A stretch of DNA of 64,000 bases. Source: a virus (lineage: Duplodnaviria; Caudoviricetes). The position numbers and the translations under genes were made by a program. Where the stretch lies: positions 31,864 to 95,863 of the IMG/VR virus record IMGVR_UViG_2740892367_000002. The stretch is one strand, 5' to 3'. Below are positions 45,533 to 55,231 of the stretch, in pieces (positions within the stretch are counted from its first letter, which is position 1; the number at the start of each line of letters is the position of its first letter). The notes beneath the pieces are model-generated. The model did no database searches, was not told the DNA's origin, and worked only from the letters and a program-made list of their open reading frames with translations.

Positions 45533-46804
45533 ATGTCCACCAATATCCCGTTTGGCAGCCCGCTCGCCCGAAAAGTCTATTCGGTCGGCCTGTTCAGCCG
45601 TGTGCAGACCGCACCTGGCTTCATGAAACTCATCTCCGGCGAGATGCCGTCGGAGGGCTCGTTCGCCGCCAAGGCGAAGGGCCAGACCAGCGCCGATTAC
45701 CCGGTCGTGAAGGCTGGTGACCTCTCGAAGGGCGCCGGCGATACCGTGTCGGTAGACCTGTTCAACATCCTGTCGGGCAAGCCGGTGATGGGTGACAAGC
45801 GCATCAACGGCCGCATGATGCCGCTGACCTCGTCCAGCATGGACGTAAGCATCAACCAGTACCGCGGTGGTGCTGACGCTGGCGGCCGTATGGCGCAGAA
45901 ACGTACGACCCACAACCTGCGCACGATCGCCGGCGCCGGCCTGCAGTCCTGGATGACGCGCCTGGAAGACCAGCAAACGCTGGTGCACCTGGCCGGCGCC
46001 CGTGGCACGCAGCAGACCGCTGACTGGGTCGTTCCGGACCAACAAGACCAGGACTTCGCCGAGATTATGGTGAACCCGGTGAAGGCTCCGACGCGCAATC
46101 GCTACTTCGCGGCCAACGACGCGACGGGCCCGGACGACATCGGCACCAACGACGCGCTGACCCTGCAGGACATTGACCGCATCGTGGCCACGCTGCGTGA
46201 AGCGCCAATCCCGCTGCAGGCTGTGAAGGTGCAGGGCGATGACCGTGCCTGGAATGACCCGCTGTGGGTTGCGTTCGTGACCGAGCGCCAATGGCTGTAC
46301 ATGCAGTCGCGCACCACCCAGACCACGTGGCGCCAGGCCATGCAGAACGCCTTCGAGCGTAAGGCGGCCGGCGTGAAGCATCCGCTGTTCGACGCCTACG
46401 AAACGATCATGTGGAATGGCGTGCTGATCAAGCGCATGAACCGCTACGCGATCCGCTTCGCGGCCGGCGCACAGGTGATCAAGGACACGGGCGGCTCGGA
46501 CGGCTACACCTACACGGAATCGATCGTGCAGACCGCCGCCGACGTGGACCGCGCGATCATCCTCGGCGCCCAAGCTCTGGCCAAGTGCTACGGCAAGCAA
46601 GGCAAGTCTGACTACTTCTACGACTGGAGCGAAGAAGAAGTCGACCACGGCAATCAGATCGAAATCGTGGCTGCCGGTATGGGTGGCGCCTCGAAGGTCC
46701 GCTTCAAGATCGATGGCCAAGACACCGACTATGGCGTTGCGGTGATCGACTCGTACGCGCCGGATCCCGCATCGGCTGCCGGCCGCACGCTGCTGAACTC
46801 GTGA
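45533..46804 (+). CDS. Major capsid protein, N4-gp56/DUF4043 family
   Basis: DLSK.AGD.V..D; KP.MGD; HLAGARG; DRAI.LGAQALA; DHGN..E. Confidence 0.85.
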   Translation: MSTNIPFGSPLARKVYSVGLFSRVQTAPGFMKLISGEMPSEGSFAAKAKGQTSADYPVVKAGDLSKGAGDTVSVDLFNILSGKPVMGDKRINGRMMPLTSSSMDVSINQYRGGADAGGRMAQKRTTHNLRTIAGAGLQSWMTRLEDQQTLVHLAGARGTQQTADWVVPDQQDQDFAEIMVNPVKAPTRNRYFAANDATGPDDIGTNDALTLQDIDRIVATLREAPIPLQAVKVQGDDRAWNDPLWVAFVTERQWLYMQSRTTQTTWRQAMQNAFERKAAGVKHPLFDAYETIMWNGVLIKRMNRYAIRFAAGAQVIKDTGGSDGYTYTESIVQTAADVDRAIILGAQALAKCYGKQGKSDYFYDWSEEEVDHGNQIEIVAAGMGGASKVRFKIDGQDTDYGVAVIDSYAPDPASAAGRTLLNS

Positions 46805-46810
46805 TGAAGT

Positions 46811-46835
46811 GGGGCGGCCTCCGGGCCGCTCCCTT
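46811..46835 (+). terminator. Hairpin after the capsid gene
   Basis: GGGGCGGCC-TCCG-GGCCGCTCC; weak U-tract. Confidence 0.45.
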
Positions 46836-46870
46836 CGAATCGCACACGTCATCGTACATAGGAGAAGTCC

Positions 46871-47284
46871 ATGGCTACTCTCAATGCCAAGACCCTGCAG
46901 GATACCCAGTACAGCGGTCCTGCTCCCGCCGCGCACGCGCACGGCAAACACACGCTGGCGGCCGCCGCCATCGGCGACAAGGTGCGCCTGGTCAGGCTGT
47001 ATGCCGGTACCAAGGTGTATGCCGGCAGCCTGATCACCGCCGCGCTCGGCGCCGGTTCCACTATGTCGCTCGGCTTCGAGGCGACTGATGGAAGCGCGCT
47101 GGCCAACGGCGTCGGCGCAAACAGCCTGCTGAATGCCCAGGCGACGAACGCCGCCGGCAAGTTCAACTCCGCCAACGCCCCGTTCGTGCTGGACAAGGAC
47201 GCCTACCTGATCGGCACCGTGGGCGGCGCAGTGGCATCCGGCCAGGTGGACGCTGTCATCAGCTACGAGCACCGCGGCGTCTAA
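46871..47284 (+). CDS. Capsid decoration/cement-like protein
   Basis: Small beta-rich Ala/Gly protein after the capsid gene; AGGAG RBS. Confidence 0.6.
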   Translation: MATLNAKTLQDTQYSGPAPAAHAHGKHTLAAAAIGDKVRLVRLYAGTKVYAGSLITAALGAGSTMSLGFEATDGSALANGVGANSLLNAQATNAAGKFNSANAPFVLDKDAYLIGTVGGAVASGQVDAVISYEHRGV

Positions 47285-47314
47285 GCGGACCCGCCTGACG
47301 CTGACCAACCGGAG

Positions 47315-47341
47315 AACAGGGCGGGCGACTGCCCTGTTTTT
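47315..47341 (+). terminator. Intrinsic terminator
   Basis: AACAGGGCGG-GCGA-CTGCCCTGTT-TTT. Confidence 0.75.
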
Positions 47342-47356
47342 CATTCAGGAGATACC

Positions 47357-47764
47357 GTGATCGAAATCATCTATGTGGGCAAGAAGCCGTGGACGCGCGA
47401 CAACGTCGCCGGTTCCGGTAAGGCGTGGGACGGCCCGGGTGACGTGCAGGAAGTCACCGAGAACCAGGCGAAGGTGCTGCTGAAGTACCCGGACCAGTGG
47501 GCACTGGCGAACGAGAAGGACGCCGAGAAGGTAGGCGGCCCGGTGACTGTCGCTGTCACCGATACGCAGACCGGCGTGACGACGGACGTTCCCGCAACTG
47601 TCCTAGCCAAGCCGTACGAGAAGATGAACAAGGCCGAGCTGGTCACGTTCGGCGCTTCGATCAAACTGGCGCTCGACCCAGCCATGTCGAAGAAGGCCAT
47701 GATCGACGCGATCGAGGAAGCCCAGAAGGGCCCGGAACCGCTGCAACCCGGCGTCGCGCCGTAA
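47357..47764 (+). CDS. Hypothetical virion-region protein with C-terminal HeH/Rho-N-like motif
   Basis: M.KAEL..F......LD....K..MID.I. Confidence 0.6.
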   Translation: MIEIIYVGKKPWTRDNVAGSGKAWDGPGDVQEVTENQAKVLLKYPDQWALANEKDAEKVGGPVTVAVTDTQTGVTTDVPATVLAKPYEKMNKAELVTFGASIKLALDPAMSKKAMIDAIEEAQKGPEPLQPGVAP

Positions 47765-47767
47765 GCG

Positions 47768-48097
47768 ATGGCCACCGTTCAGCAAGTCATCGACCGCGGC
47801 CGCGTGCCGCTGAACGATGCGGACAAGGTCCGATACACCGACGACGACCTGCTCAACTATCTGAACGATGGCATGGCCGAGATCTACACGAAGCGGCCTG
47901 ATCTGCGCTTCGGAAAGTTCGGCGTGGCAACCGATCCCATCGGCCTTACCGACAAGTTCCCGCTGTCTCAGGCGCATGAGGTGGCCATCAAGCACTACAT
48001 CGTCTACCGGTCAGAACTGACGGATGATGAGAACGTGAACGAGAACAGGGCGGCTCAGACCTACAAGCTGTTTGAAAAGGCGGTGGCTACCACATGA
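47768..48097 (+). CDS. Head-tail adaptor-like protein
   Basis: R..LND....RY.D.DLL.YLNDG..EI...RPD. Confidence 0.7.
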   Translation: MATVQQVIDRGRVPLNDADKVRYTDDDLLNYLNDGMAEIYTKRPDLRFGKFGVATDPIGLTDKFPLSQAHEVAIKHYIVYRSELTDDENVNENRAAQTYKLFEKAVATT

Positions 48098-48723
48098 CTA
48101 AGTACACGGAATGCTTCGACGAAGTCCTGCCGGAGCTGCCGGGTGTTGGCATAGAGCTTGCCACAAACGCGATCCGAAACACGCTCATCGAGTTCTGCCA
48201 GTTGTCCTGGTGCTGGCGATACTTCATGGACCCGGCGCCAGTGCTGGCGAAGATCAACACCTACGAGCTCGACCCACCGCCTGGCGCTGACGTCGTCAAG
48301 GCGCTGGTCGTTAAGGTTGACGGCAAGGAGATCGATCCGATCAGCGAGGACGACCTGACCGCGCACCACCCGCGCTGGCAAACGGAAACCGGCACGCCCA
48401 AGGGATTCCTGACGGACGACCCGAGTCAGATCATCCTGGTGCCTGTACCCGAACGGAAGATTTCGAATGGGCTACTGGTCACGCTGGCGTTGCAGCCGGC
48501 GCGCAAGTCCTTGGATTTCCCGACGTGGATCTGGACACGCTACTTCGACCCGCTGGCGGCAGGTGCCAAGGCACGACTGATGGCTATGCCGGGCAAGCCG
48601 TGGACGAATGCGCAGATGGCTGCCGTTTATCGCGGCCAGTTCGAAGTTGGCGCCGCCGGCGCTAGGATCGAATCGCTGCAGAGCCTGTCGCGGGCCGTGC
48701 TGCGCACCACGTCTTACCACTGA
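48094..48723 (+). CDS. Adaptor/tail tubular-like protein
   Basis: PELPG....A..AIR....EFC; GA.ARL..MPGKPWTN. Confidence 0.65.
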   Translation: MTKYTECFDEVLPELPGVGIELATNAIRNTLIEFCQLSWCWRYFMDPAPVLAKINTYELDPPPGADVVKALVVKVDGKEIDPISEDDLTAHHPRWQTETGTPKGFLTDDPSQIILVPVPERKISNGLLVTLALQPARKSLDFPTWIWTRYFDPLAAGAKARLMAMPGKPWTNAQMAAVYRGQFEVGAAGARIESLQSLSRAVLRTTSYH

Positions 48724-48729
48724 GCATCC

Positions 48730-50964
48730 ATGTCGACGCTATCCATTTCCCAGTTCTCCGGAGTATTTCCACGGGTCCCGCCAGCGCTGCTCCCCCAGAC
48801 CGCGGCAACGGTGGCGGAGAACTGTGATTTCGGGTATGGCGAGCTGCGCTGCATGAAGGGCGGGTTGCTGATCACCGACGTGGCCAACGCCGTGAAGAGT
48901 CTCTACACCGAGGACGGCGTGAGCTTCTACACGTGGGACGTCGACGTCGATGCTGTGCGCGCGCCCATGGCTAAGGACGAATTCAGGCGGGTCTACTACA
49001 CCACGCCTACAGACTTCCTCGTCACCAACAGCCTCGGTACGCGGCCGAACGGCGGGCCGCCGGGCTCGAGCTACCGGGTCGGAGTGCCGAAGCCAACCGC
49101 GGCGCCTACGTTCTCGGTCAGCGGCGCGCCGGTCAGCCTATCGGACGTCACCATCTCTGCAACGTTCCATTGGGAGTACTCCGGGGTCAAGTACCAGGAG
49201 CAGGCTATCGCCCTGACGACGGTGCGGGACAAGGAGAAGTGGAGCTTCACGCCGCCAGCAAAGAACACCGGGTCAGCCTATGGGCCCGATGACGAGTCAT
49301 TCGTGATCACGGCATACAGTGAGATGCGCGGCTCGGACAGCCTGGTGGAGTTCTGGATCTATGTCCCGGCTGGAACGCGCGTGATTGCTACGGGCCCGGA
49401 CTCGTTCCGGATGGTCGGCAGCAATGTGACCTACCCGGGCATCATCCGCGTCATGGATGAAGGCGGGAAGGCGCACCAGTTGGACGCGCTGTACTCGATC
49501 ACCAAGTATTCGCACCTTAACGGTGGTGCTCCACAGAGCCCTGGCAACCTCACGCCGGACCAAGCATTCCCGGTCATTCGATTGACCGGAACGTCGATCA
49601 GCACTGGCGCGACGGCGTTCGATATCTACACGAACAACTCGGCCTTCCTGGTGCGCGGCACGTGGGATGCCGCGCTGACGCGTGATGACAATGCGTCCAG
49701 CTACACGCTTGTGCTGTCGTCCAACCAGACCGCTGCCCAAACTGAGACTCGCGCGTACGTCTACACCTACGTCAACACCTACGGCGAAGAGGGGCCGCCA
49801 TCCCCCGCGGCGAGCCTGAATCTCGTCAATGGGATGGCCGTGGATGTCACGCTCACGCGAGACGCGTTCGCGGCCAACTATGCGCCCATCAAGGAGATCC
49901 GTGTCTATCGCACGATGTACGGTAGCGACGTGGCGGACTACTTCTATGCCGGATCGTTCCTGGTGCTGAATCAGCCGGGGCCCACGTTCGTCTTTCATGA
50001 CGAGGCCACGGTGGCGCAGCTCAACGAACTGCTTTCGTCGGATGAGTACTATCCCCCCGACCCCGGGCTGGTCGGGCTGATGTGCTTGAAGAATGGAATT
50101 TTGTGTGCGTGGAAGGGCAATGAGGTTCACTTCAGCGAGGCCTACAAACCGTGGGCATGGCCCCCGCAGTACGTCAAGACGTTCCAGCACAACGTGGTTG
50201 GCGGTGTGCCGTACGGCAGTGGCGTACTGCTCACGACCACGACAGAGCCAGTGATCATCTCAGGTATCACCCCTGCGGGCATGAGCGAATCGAGCATGAA
50301 CGTGGAGCAGGCCGGCGTCTCGAAGCACTCGATTGCCATCGTGGATGGCTTTGCAGCGTTCGCCAGCCGTGATGGGATCGTGGTCGTGCAGGGTGGGCAG
50401 GCCTCGCTTTCACTCTCGCAGCGGTTCTTCACCCGTGACGTCTGGCGCGAACGGTATGCCGGACACCTGTCGGCGATGCGGTTCTCCGTCTGGGATGGCA
50501 GGCTGGTCGTCTACGCCGATGACAATTCCTTCCCGGCCTTCATGATTCTGCTGGACGAGGCGGCGGGCAACATGTCGGACATGCCGGGCTTCCAGGCAGG
50601 CTGCACGTTCGAATCAGCGTTCGCCGATGGCGTCTACTATGGCCTTGGCACGGGGCTCTATCGCTTCAACTCCGATGCCCCGCTTCCGGCAGTTTGGGAG
50701 TCGCGCGAGATGGTCATTCCAGCACCGCTGAACTTCGGCTATGCCAAGGCGCTGGCCACGGGAAGTTGGACGGCTGAGTTTTGGGCCTACAACGAGGAAA
50801 GCGACCAGTGGGTGTTACGACACACCCGTGCCGCCATTGGCGCCAAGGCATTTCGCTTGCCGCCTGGCTACAAGGCGCAACGCTACCGCATCCGGATTTC
50901 GTGGACTGGAACCTTCCGCGATCTACGGCTTGGCGAAACCGCTCAATCCCTGAGAGAGGTCTGA
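48730..50964 (+). CDS. Tail nozzle/stabilisation protein
   Basis: FSG..PR..P.LLP..A..AENC; YVYTYV..YGEEGPPS; FSE.YKP.AWP. Confidence 0.7.
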   Translation: MSTLSISQFSGVFPRVPPALLPQTAATVAENCDFGYGELRCMKGGLLITDVANAVKSLYTEDGVSFYTWDVDVDAVRAPMAKDEFRRVYYTTPTDFLVTNSLGTRPNGGPPGSSYRVGVPKPTAAPTFSVSGAPVSLSDVTISATFHWEYSGVKYQEQAIALTTVRDKEKWSFTPPAKNTGSAYGPDDESFVITAYSEMRGSDSLVEFWIYVPAGTRVIATGPDSFRMVGSNVTYPGIIRVMDEGGKAHQLDALYSITKYSHLNGGAPQSPGNLTPDQAFPVIRLTGTSISTGATAFDIYTNNSAFLVRGTWDAALTRDDNASSYTLVLSSNQTAAQTETRAYVYTYVNTYGEEGPPSPAASLNLVNGMAVDVTLTRDAFAANYAPIKEIRVYRTMYGSDVADYFYAGSFLVLNQPGPTFVFHDEATVAQLNELLSSDEYYPPDPGLVGLMCLKNGILCAWKGNEVHFSEAYKPWAWPPQYVKTFQHNVVGGVPYGSGVLLTTTTEPVIISGITPAGMSESSMNVEQAGVSKHSIAIVDGFAAFASRDGIVVVQGGQASLSLSQRFFTRDVWRERYAGHLSAMRFSVWDGRLVVYADDNSFPAFMILLDEAAGNMSDMPGFQAGCTFESAFADGVYYGLGTGLYRFNSDAPLPAVWESREMVIPAPLNFGYAKALATGSWTAEFWAYNEESDQWVLRHTRAAIGAKAFRLPPGYKAQRYRIRISWTGTFRDLRLGETAQSLREV

Positions 50965-50965
50965 A

Positions 50966-52312
50966 ATGGCGAAGGTTCCTTCAGTACCAATCGCGGCACT
51001 CGATGCCATTCAGGACCGGAACGTCTATGAGGTCCTGCGGGCGCTGACGGACATGATGAACGTCCGCAACGGCCAGACCGGAGATTCTGACTCAGCCTTC
51101 GTGACGCGCGCCGATGTGGCCAACCTCCGAGCCGGTGGGCGCATCATAGGCGTGGGCGGAGGTAGCCAGCAGACTCAAGGCGTCAGTCCGCCGGTTATCG
51201 CCCCATCCGACATTGCACGTGTCATCAATGACCTGCAGGCCCAGGTCATTGAGTCGCCTTTGTTCAAGGCATTGGGTGAGCGAATCGACAGGATTGACTC
51301 TCCCGGCTCAGGGGTGTTTGCACAGATCGCCGATGAGCGGAAGATCCGCATGGACGTCGACACGTCCCTCGCATCTGAGATCCATACGGTGCAAGCCGGA
51401 GTCGATAGTGCCAATGCGGCTATCCAGTCAGAGGCGAGCGCCCGAGCCACGGCGGTTTCCGCGCTGTCTCAGAAGATGGATACTGTTCAAGCCGAAGTTG
51501 GTTCCAACACGGCAGCGATCCAGCAGGAGGCACAAGCTCGCGCGGATGCCGACGGGAACCTATCCGCAAAATGGTCGGTGAAGACCGACGTGAACGGGTA
51601 TGTCTCAGGCTTTGGCCTGCTCAGCGAGGCGAACAATGCGGTGCCCAGGTCGGACTTCATCGTCCGGGCAGATCGATTCTCGATCGGCTCCCCATCTGGC
51701 CCGGGAATTGCCCCGCGGGTCCCGTTCATCGTGCTGACAACGCCGCAGTACGTCAACGGCTACTACGTTCCGCCGGGTGTCTACATAGATGCCGCCGCGA
51801 TTGCGGTCGCATCGATCGGCGAGGCGCAGATTCAGTTTGCCGCTATCCGCCAGGCCCACATTCAGACCGCAGCGATTGGCGAGGCACAGATAGAAGATGC
51901 GTCAATCACGAATGCGAAGATCCGCAACGCCGAGATCGACACGCTGAAGATTCGCGGGGACGCGGTAACGGTTCCGCGAGGGTCTGTGAACGGGGCCGGC
52001 ACTACGCCATACTCTGACACAACGATCTGCTCTATCTCGATGCCAAATGGCATCCCGGCCGTCATTGTGCAGGCCACGGCGGTGGTCACGTCGTCCCAAC
52101 AGGGGCGGGCCTACCTCGTGCGCAATGGCGTTGTCGTATCCGACTATTACTTCGGATCCCCGGCGGCGGGCGTCACCGTCACACCGGTTCTGGCCTACTA
52201 CGACACTTCACAGGTCGCAGCCAACTATGCGTTTGTCATCGGTCCCAGTGGCGGTGGTGGACCAGTGACGTGGAACGGTGCCATGCTAACTGGCACTGGC
52301 TTTAAGCGATAA
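50966..52312 (+). CDS. Tail tip/host-specificity fibre (DUF1983-like)
   Basis: Coiled coil; W.VK.D.NGYVSGFGL; F.V.ADRF; I..A.I repeats, ITNAKI. Confidence 0.75.
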   Translation: MAKVPSVPIAALDAIQDRNVYEVLRALTDMMNVRNGQTGDSDSAFVTRADVANLRAGGRIIGVGGGSQQTQGVSPPVIAPSDIARVINDLQAQVIESPLFKALGERIDRIDSPGSGVFAQIADERKIRMDVDTSLASEIHTVQAGVDSANAAIQSEASARATAVSALSQKMDTVQAEVGSNTAAIQQEAQARADADGNLSAKWSVKTDVNGYVSGFGLLSEANNAVPRSDFIVRADRFSIGSPSGPGIAPRVPFIVLTTPQYVNGYYVPPGVYIDAAAIAVASIGEAQIQFAAIRQAHIQTAAIGEAQIEDASITNAKIRNAEIDTLKIRGDAVTVPRGSVNGAGTTPYSDTTICSISMPNGIPAVIVQATAVVTSSQQGRAYLVRNGVVVSDYYFGSPAAGVTVTPVLAYYDTSQVAANYAFVIGPSGGGGPVTWNGAMLTGTGFKR

Positions 52313-52314
52313 GC

Positions 52315-52341
52315 CTCGAATTGAACGCCGCCGCATACCAT
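52315..52341 (+). promoter_or_regulatory. Late promoter motif copy 4 (hydroxylase-GNAT-ejection operon)
   Basis: CTCGAAT-N14-TACCAT, 31 nt before ATG. Confidence 0.7.
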
Positions 52342-52372
52342 GCCTCTATCGTGGATACGTGGGGGGTGCTGA

Positions 52373-52921
52373 ATGCGCAATTTCGTGAGGATCGCCGATG
52401 GCGTTGAGGTCGTGCCGTTGCTGCTTGCGTTGGCGCGCCAGCCTCATCTGTGGAATCAGAACACGCTCCGCACCCAGCACTCAGGCACCGCGCACGCCGA
52501 GGTCGATGACATTTGGCTGCGCTTCAATGAGATTCCGGAAGGGCAGCCAGAGCTGGTCGCAGACGCCACAGAGTGCATAAACTATCCGGCGTTTGCGGCC
52601 CTGCCGCAGGCGCGGCCGCTGATCTTCGGCCTTATGGCCAAGGTAGAGGGCGAGCGGCTGGGGCGATGCATGGTCACCCGCCTAAAGCCCGGCGGCCGCA
52701 TCCTTCCCCACGACGATATGGGCGCACCGGCCACGTACTACGAGCGGTACCACATCGTGCTCCTGAGCGAGCCCGGCTGCATCTTCGCCGCTGGGGACGA
52801 GAAGGTCAACATGCGCACAGGCGACGTCTACTGGTTCGACAACACGCAGACCCACGAGGTCTGGAACAACAGCCAGGAAGACCGCGTCCACCTCATCGTT
52901 GATATCCGGACTGGCAAATGA
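52373..52921 (+). CDS. 2OG-Fe(II) dioxygenase, aspartyl/asparaginyl beta-hydroxylase family
   Basis: L.PGG.I.PH.D..RYHI.L..G..WFDN...HEV.N....R.HLIVD: HxD..H triad plus 2OG-binding Arg. Confidence 0.85.
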   Translation: MRNFVRIADGVEVVPLLLALARQPHLWNQNTLRTQHSGTAHAEVDDIWLRFNEIPEGQPELVADATECINYPAFAALPQARPLIFGLMAKVEGERLGRCMVTRLKPGGRILPHDDMGAPATYYERYHIVLLSEPGCIFAAGDEKVNMRTGDVYWFDNTQTHEVWNNSQEDRVHLIVDIRTGK

Positions 52922-53373
52922 TCACGTATCAGGTTGAAGCCTGGCCAGACATCGTCGCCGCGATTCGGCCGCTCTGGCATGAGCATTGGCTGGAGGTTGG
53001 ATCGGACCGAGACACTGTCCCGCTCGATGTGGACGAGAACGCCTATCTCCACCTGCACCACATCGGCGAACTGCACGTGCTGACAGTGCGACGGGACGGC
53101 GAGATCGTCGGCTACCACATCGCCATCGTGCGCCCGCACATCCGGTACCGGACGACCCTAGTGGGCATCACGGACGTCTACTACATCCGGCCGGACGCCC
53201 GGCGCGGCATGGTGGGCGTGAATCTGTTCCGCGAGGCGGAGAAGGCGCTGGCGAAACGCGGGGTCCAGAAGGTATTCACCGGCACGAAGAAGAGCCTGGA
53301 CATGAGCCCCATTCTCGCGCGGCTTGGCTACCGGGAAGCAGAAACGGTTCATACGAAGATCATCGGAGTTTGA
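52918..53373 (+). CDS. GNAT-family acetyltransferase
   Basis: YIRPDARRG.VG..LF..AE..L..RG; LGY. Confidence 0.8.
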   Translation: MITYQVEAWPDIVAAIRPLWHEHWLEVGSDRDTVPLDVDENAYLHLHHIGELHVLTVRRDGEIVGYHIAIVRPHIRYRTTLVGITDVYYIRPDARRGMVGVNLFREAEKALAKRGVQKVFTGTKKSLDMSPILARLGYREAETVHTKIIGV

Positions 53374-53375
53374 CC

Positions 53376-54149
53376 ATGGGACGACTGCAGCGTGAGCGCC
53401 GCTCGATGGATGGCATGGGCGCAATTCGATACTGCAACCTGGGTGTCGGTGCCGCCGTGGGCGGAATCGTCGGTAGCGTGGGTGGACTGTTCGCCGACGA
53501 CAACGGCGCGGGCGATGCGAATGCTGCTTCGGCAGACGCAACTCGGATGCAGGCAGAAATCGCCCGCGATCAGTGGGCACGGTACAAAAAGGTGTTCGCG
53601 CCGCTGGAAGACTCGATGGTCAGCGAGGCGCAGAACTACGACACGCCTGCTCAGTATGAGCGTGCGGCGGGCGAGGCGTCTGGCGCCGTTACGCAGGCTT
53701 TCGGTAAGGCGCGTGATCGCCTGACGCGTACGCCGGGCCTCGATCCCACGTCCGCCGCCTACACGGCTGGCCTGTCCGATCTCGATCGGCAACAAGCAGC
53801 CACGGATGCTGTGTCGCAGAACGCTGCGCGCAAGCAGGTGCAGGACACAGCCTGGGCGCGCAAGTCGGACATGCTCAGCCTCGGGAAGGGGCTGCCCGCG
53901 CAGGCAAGCACTGGGTTGGCCGCAGTGGCCAGCCAGAGTGCGAGCCAGGCGAATACTGCCTACAACCGTTCCGTGAACACGGCAGCCGGTATCGGTGCGA
54001 TTGGCCGCGACATCGGTGGAGGCTTGGCCTCAGCGTGGAACGGATTCAGCTCGCCATCCGTGTCCAACCAAGCGGTAGCGTCGAGATACGGTACCAATGC
54101 CGGTTCCCAGCAAACAAACATGCTGGCAGAGCAGGACTTCGGACTATAG
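53376..54149 (+). CDS. Internal virion/ejection protein
   Basis: Gly/Ala hydrophobic N-terminal segment then Ala/Gln helical body. Confidence 0.65.
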   Translation: MGRLQRERRSMDGMGAIRYCNLGVGAAVGGIVGSVGGLFADDNGAGDANAASADATRMQAEIARDQWARYKKVFAPLEDSMVSEAQNYDTPAQYERAAGEASGAVTQAFGKARDRLTRTPGLDPTSAAYTAGLSDLDRQQAATDAVSQNAARKQVQDTAWARKSDMLSLGKGLPAQASTGLAAVASQSASQANTAYNRSVNTAAGIGAIGRDIGGGLASAWNGFSSPSVSNQAVASRYGTNAGSQQTNMLAEQDFGL

Positions 54150-54157
54150 GGGGAACT

Positions 54158-55219
54158 ATGTCGAATCTTGGACTCGCTGTTGCAGCGTATGGCGGATATC
54201 AGGCGCGTGATCGCCAAATTAAGGATCAAGCGTATCTTGACCGTCAGCGCGACTACGGCACCGCTCAGATGGACGCCAATCAGCCAGGGCTCGCGGATGC
54301 CGCGGCGGCGCGTGACTCGGCCAACCGGCTCAGTGCGGCGCAGAACGCTGCCGAAGCCGGGCTGGTCCCGCAGCGCGCCGCAATCGCGTCCTCGCAGCTC
54401 GGCCTGCAGCAGGAAATGCTGCCCCGCCAGCAGCAGACAGCGCGGCAGCAGACCGAAATGCAGGGCATGCAGTCCGATCAGGACTATTCGCAGTTCCCGC
54501 AGCAATTGCGGCTGAAGCTGGCGGACGGAGCGATGCAGACGGCGGACGCTCAGCGGCTGGCGCTGGCCAAGCTGGTCGACGTGATCGATACCGGAGCGAA
54601 GAGCCAGGTGGTGCAGTACGCCAATGGGGTGCGGTCGGCCGGGATATTCGGTGATCTGACCGGGCCGGAAATCTCCGACGTGCGGATGGTCAAGGGGCAG
54701 GACGGCCAAGAGCGCATTGCGCTGATCGATGCCAAGGGCAGCCCGGTCGTGGCGCTATCGGCGAGAGACATGGATGGCCTGCGCGCGCTCGGCCGGAAGT
54801 ACGACTTCAAGACCGTGGGACATAGCCTGGTACGTACGGACGGTCGCGGCAATGCCACGCCGGTGTTCACCTCTCCGGAAGCCATTGCAGAGAGGGAGGG
54901 GCGTAAGCCTGCCGAGGTTCAGACCATGGACTGGATGGTAAAGAATGGCGTTGCCAAGGACGCCAATGATGCATGGAGCAAGATGCGCACAGCGCGCGAG
55001 AAGGGCAAGGCTGGATTTATCTCTGACATGATGAAGGGCGCCATCATGCCGGGGATGAGCAGTGAGGACCTCCGCAAGCAAGAGGACGCATTTGGCGCCA
55101 TGTACGACCGCCTCAATGGAAGCGGCGGCGGCCTTGGCGGAGCGACGGCCGCTGCCTCGAATACCTTCGACCCCTCTACATTGGATGCCAACCAACGACG
55201 CATTCTAGGCATTCCGTAA
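54158..55219 (+). CDS. Internal virion/ejection protein
   Basis: Gln/Ala-rich; GGGGA RBS; lies between ejection-type genes. Confidence 0.65.
   Translation: MSNLGLAVAAYGGYQARDRQIKDQAYLDRQRDYGTAQMDANQPGLADAAAARDSANRLSAAQNAAEAGLVPQRAAIASSQLGLQQEMLPRQQQTARQQTEMQGMQSDQDYSQFPQQLRLKLADGAMQTADAQRLALAKLVDVIDTGAKSQVVQYANGVRSAGIFGDLTGPEISDVRMVKGQDGQERIALIDAKGSPVVALSARDMDGLRALGRKYDFKTVGHSLVRTDGRGNATPVFTSPEAIAEREGRKPAEVQTMDWMVKNGVAKDANDAWSKMRTAREKGKAGFISDMMKGAIMPGMSSEDLRKQEDAFGAMYDRLNGSGGGLGGATAAASNTFDPSTLDANQRRILGIP
55156..55182 (+). promoter_or_regulatory. Late promoter motif copy 5 (giant protein)
   Basis: CTCGAAT-N14-TACATT, 49 nt before ATG 55232. Confidence 0.6.
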
Positions 55220-55231
55220 GGGTAGAGGGAT

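Noticed and set aside
46834-46860. Sixth late-promoter copy TTCGAAT-N14-TACATA
   Set aside because: Mismatches in both elements, and the predicted TSS would fall after the RBS; at best degenerate
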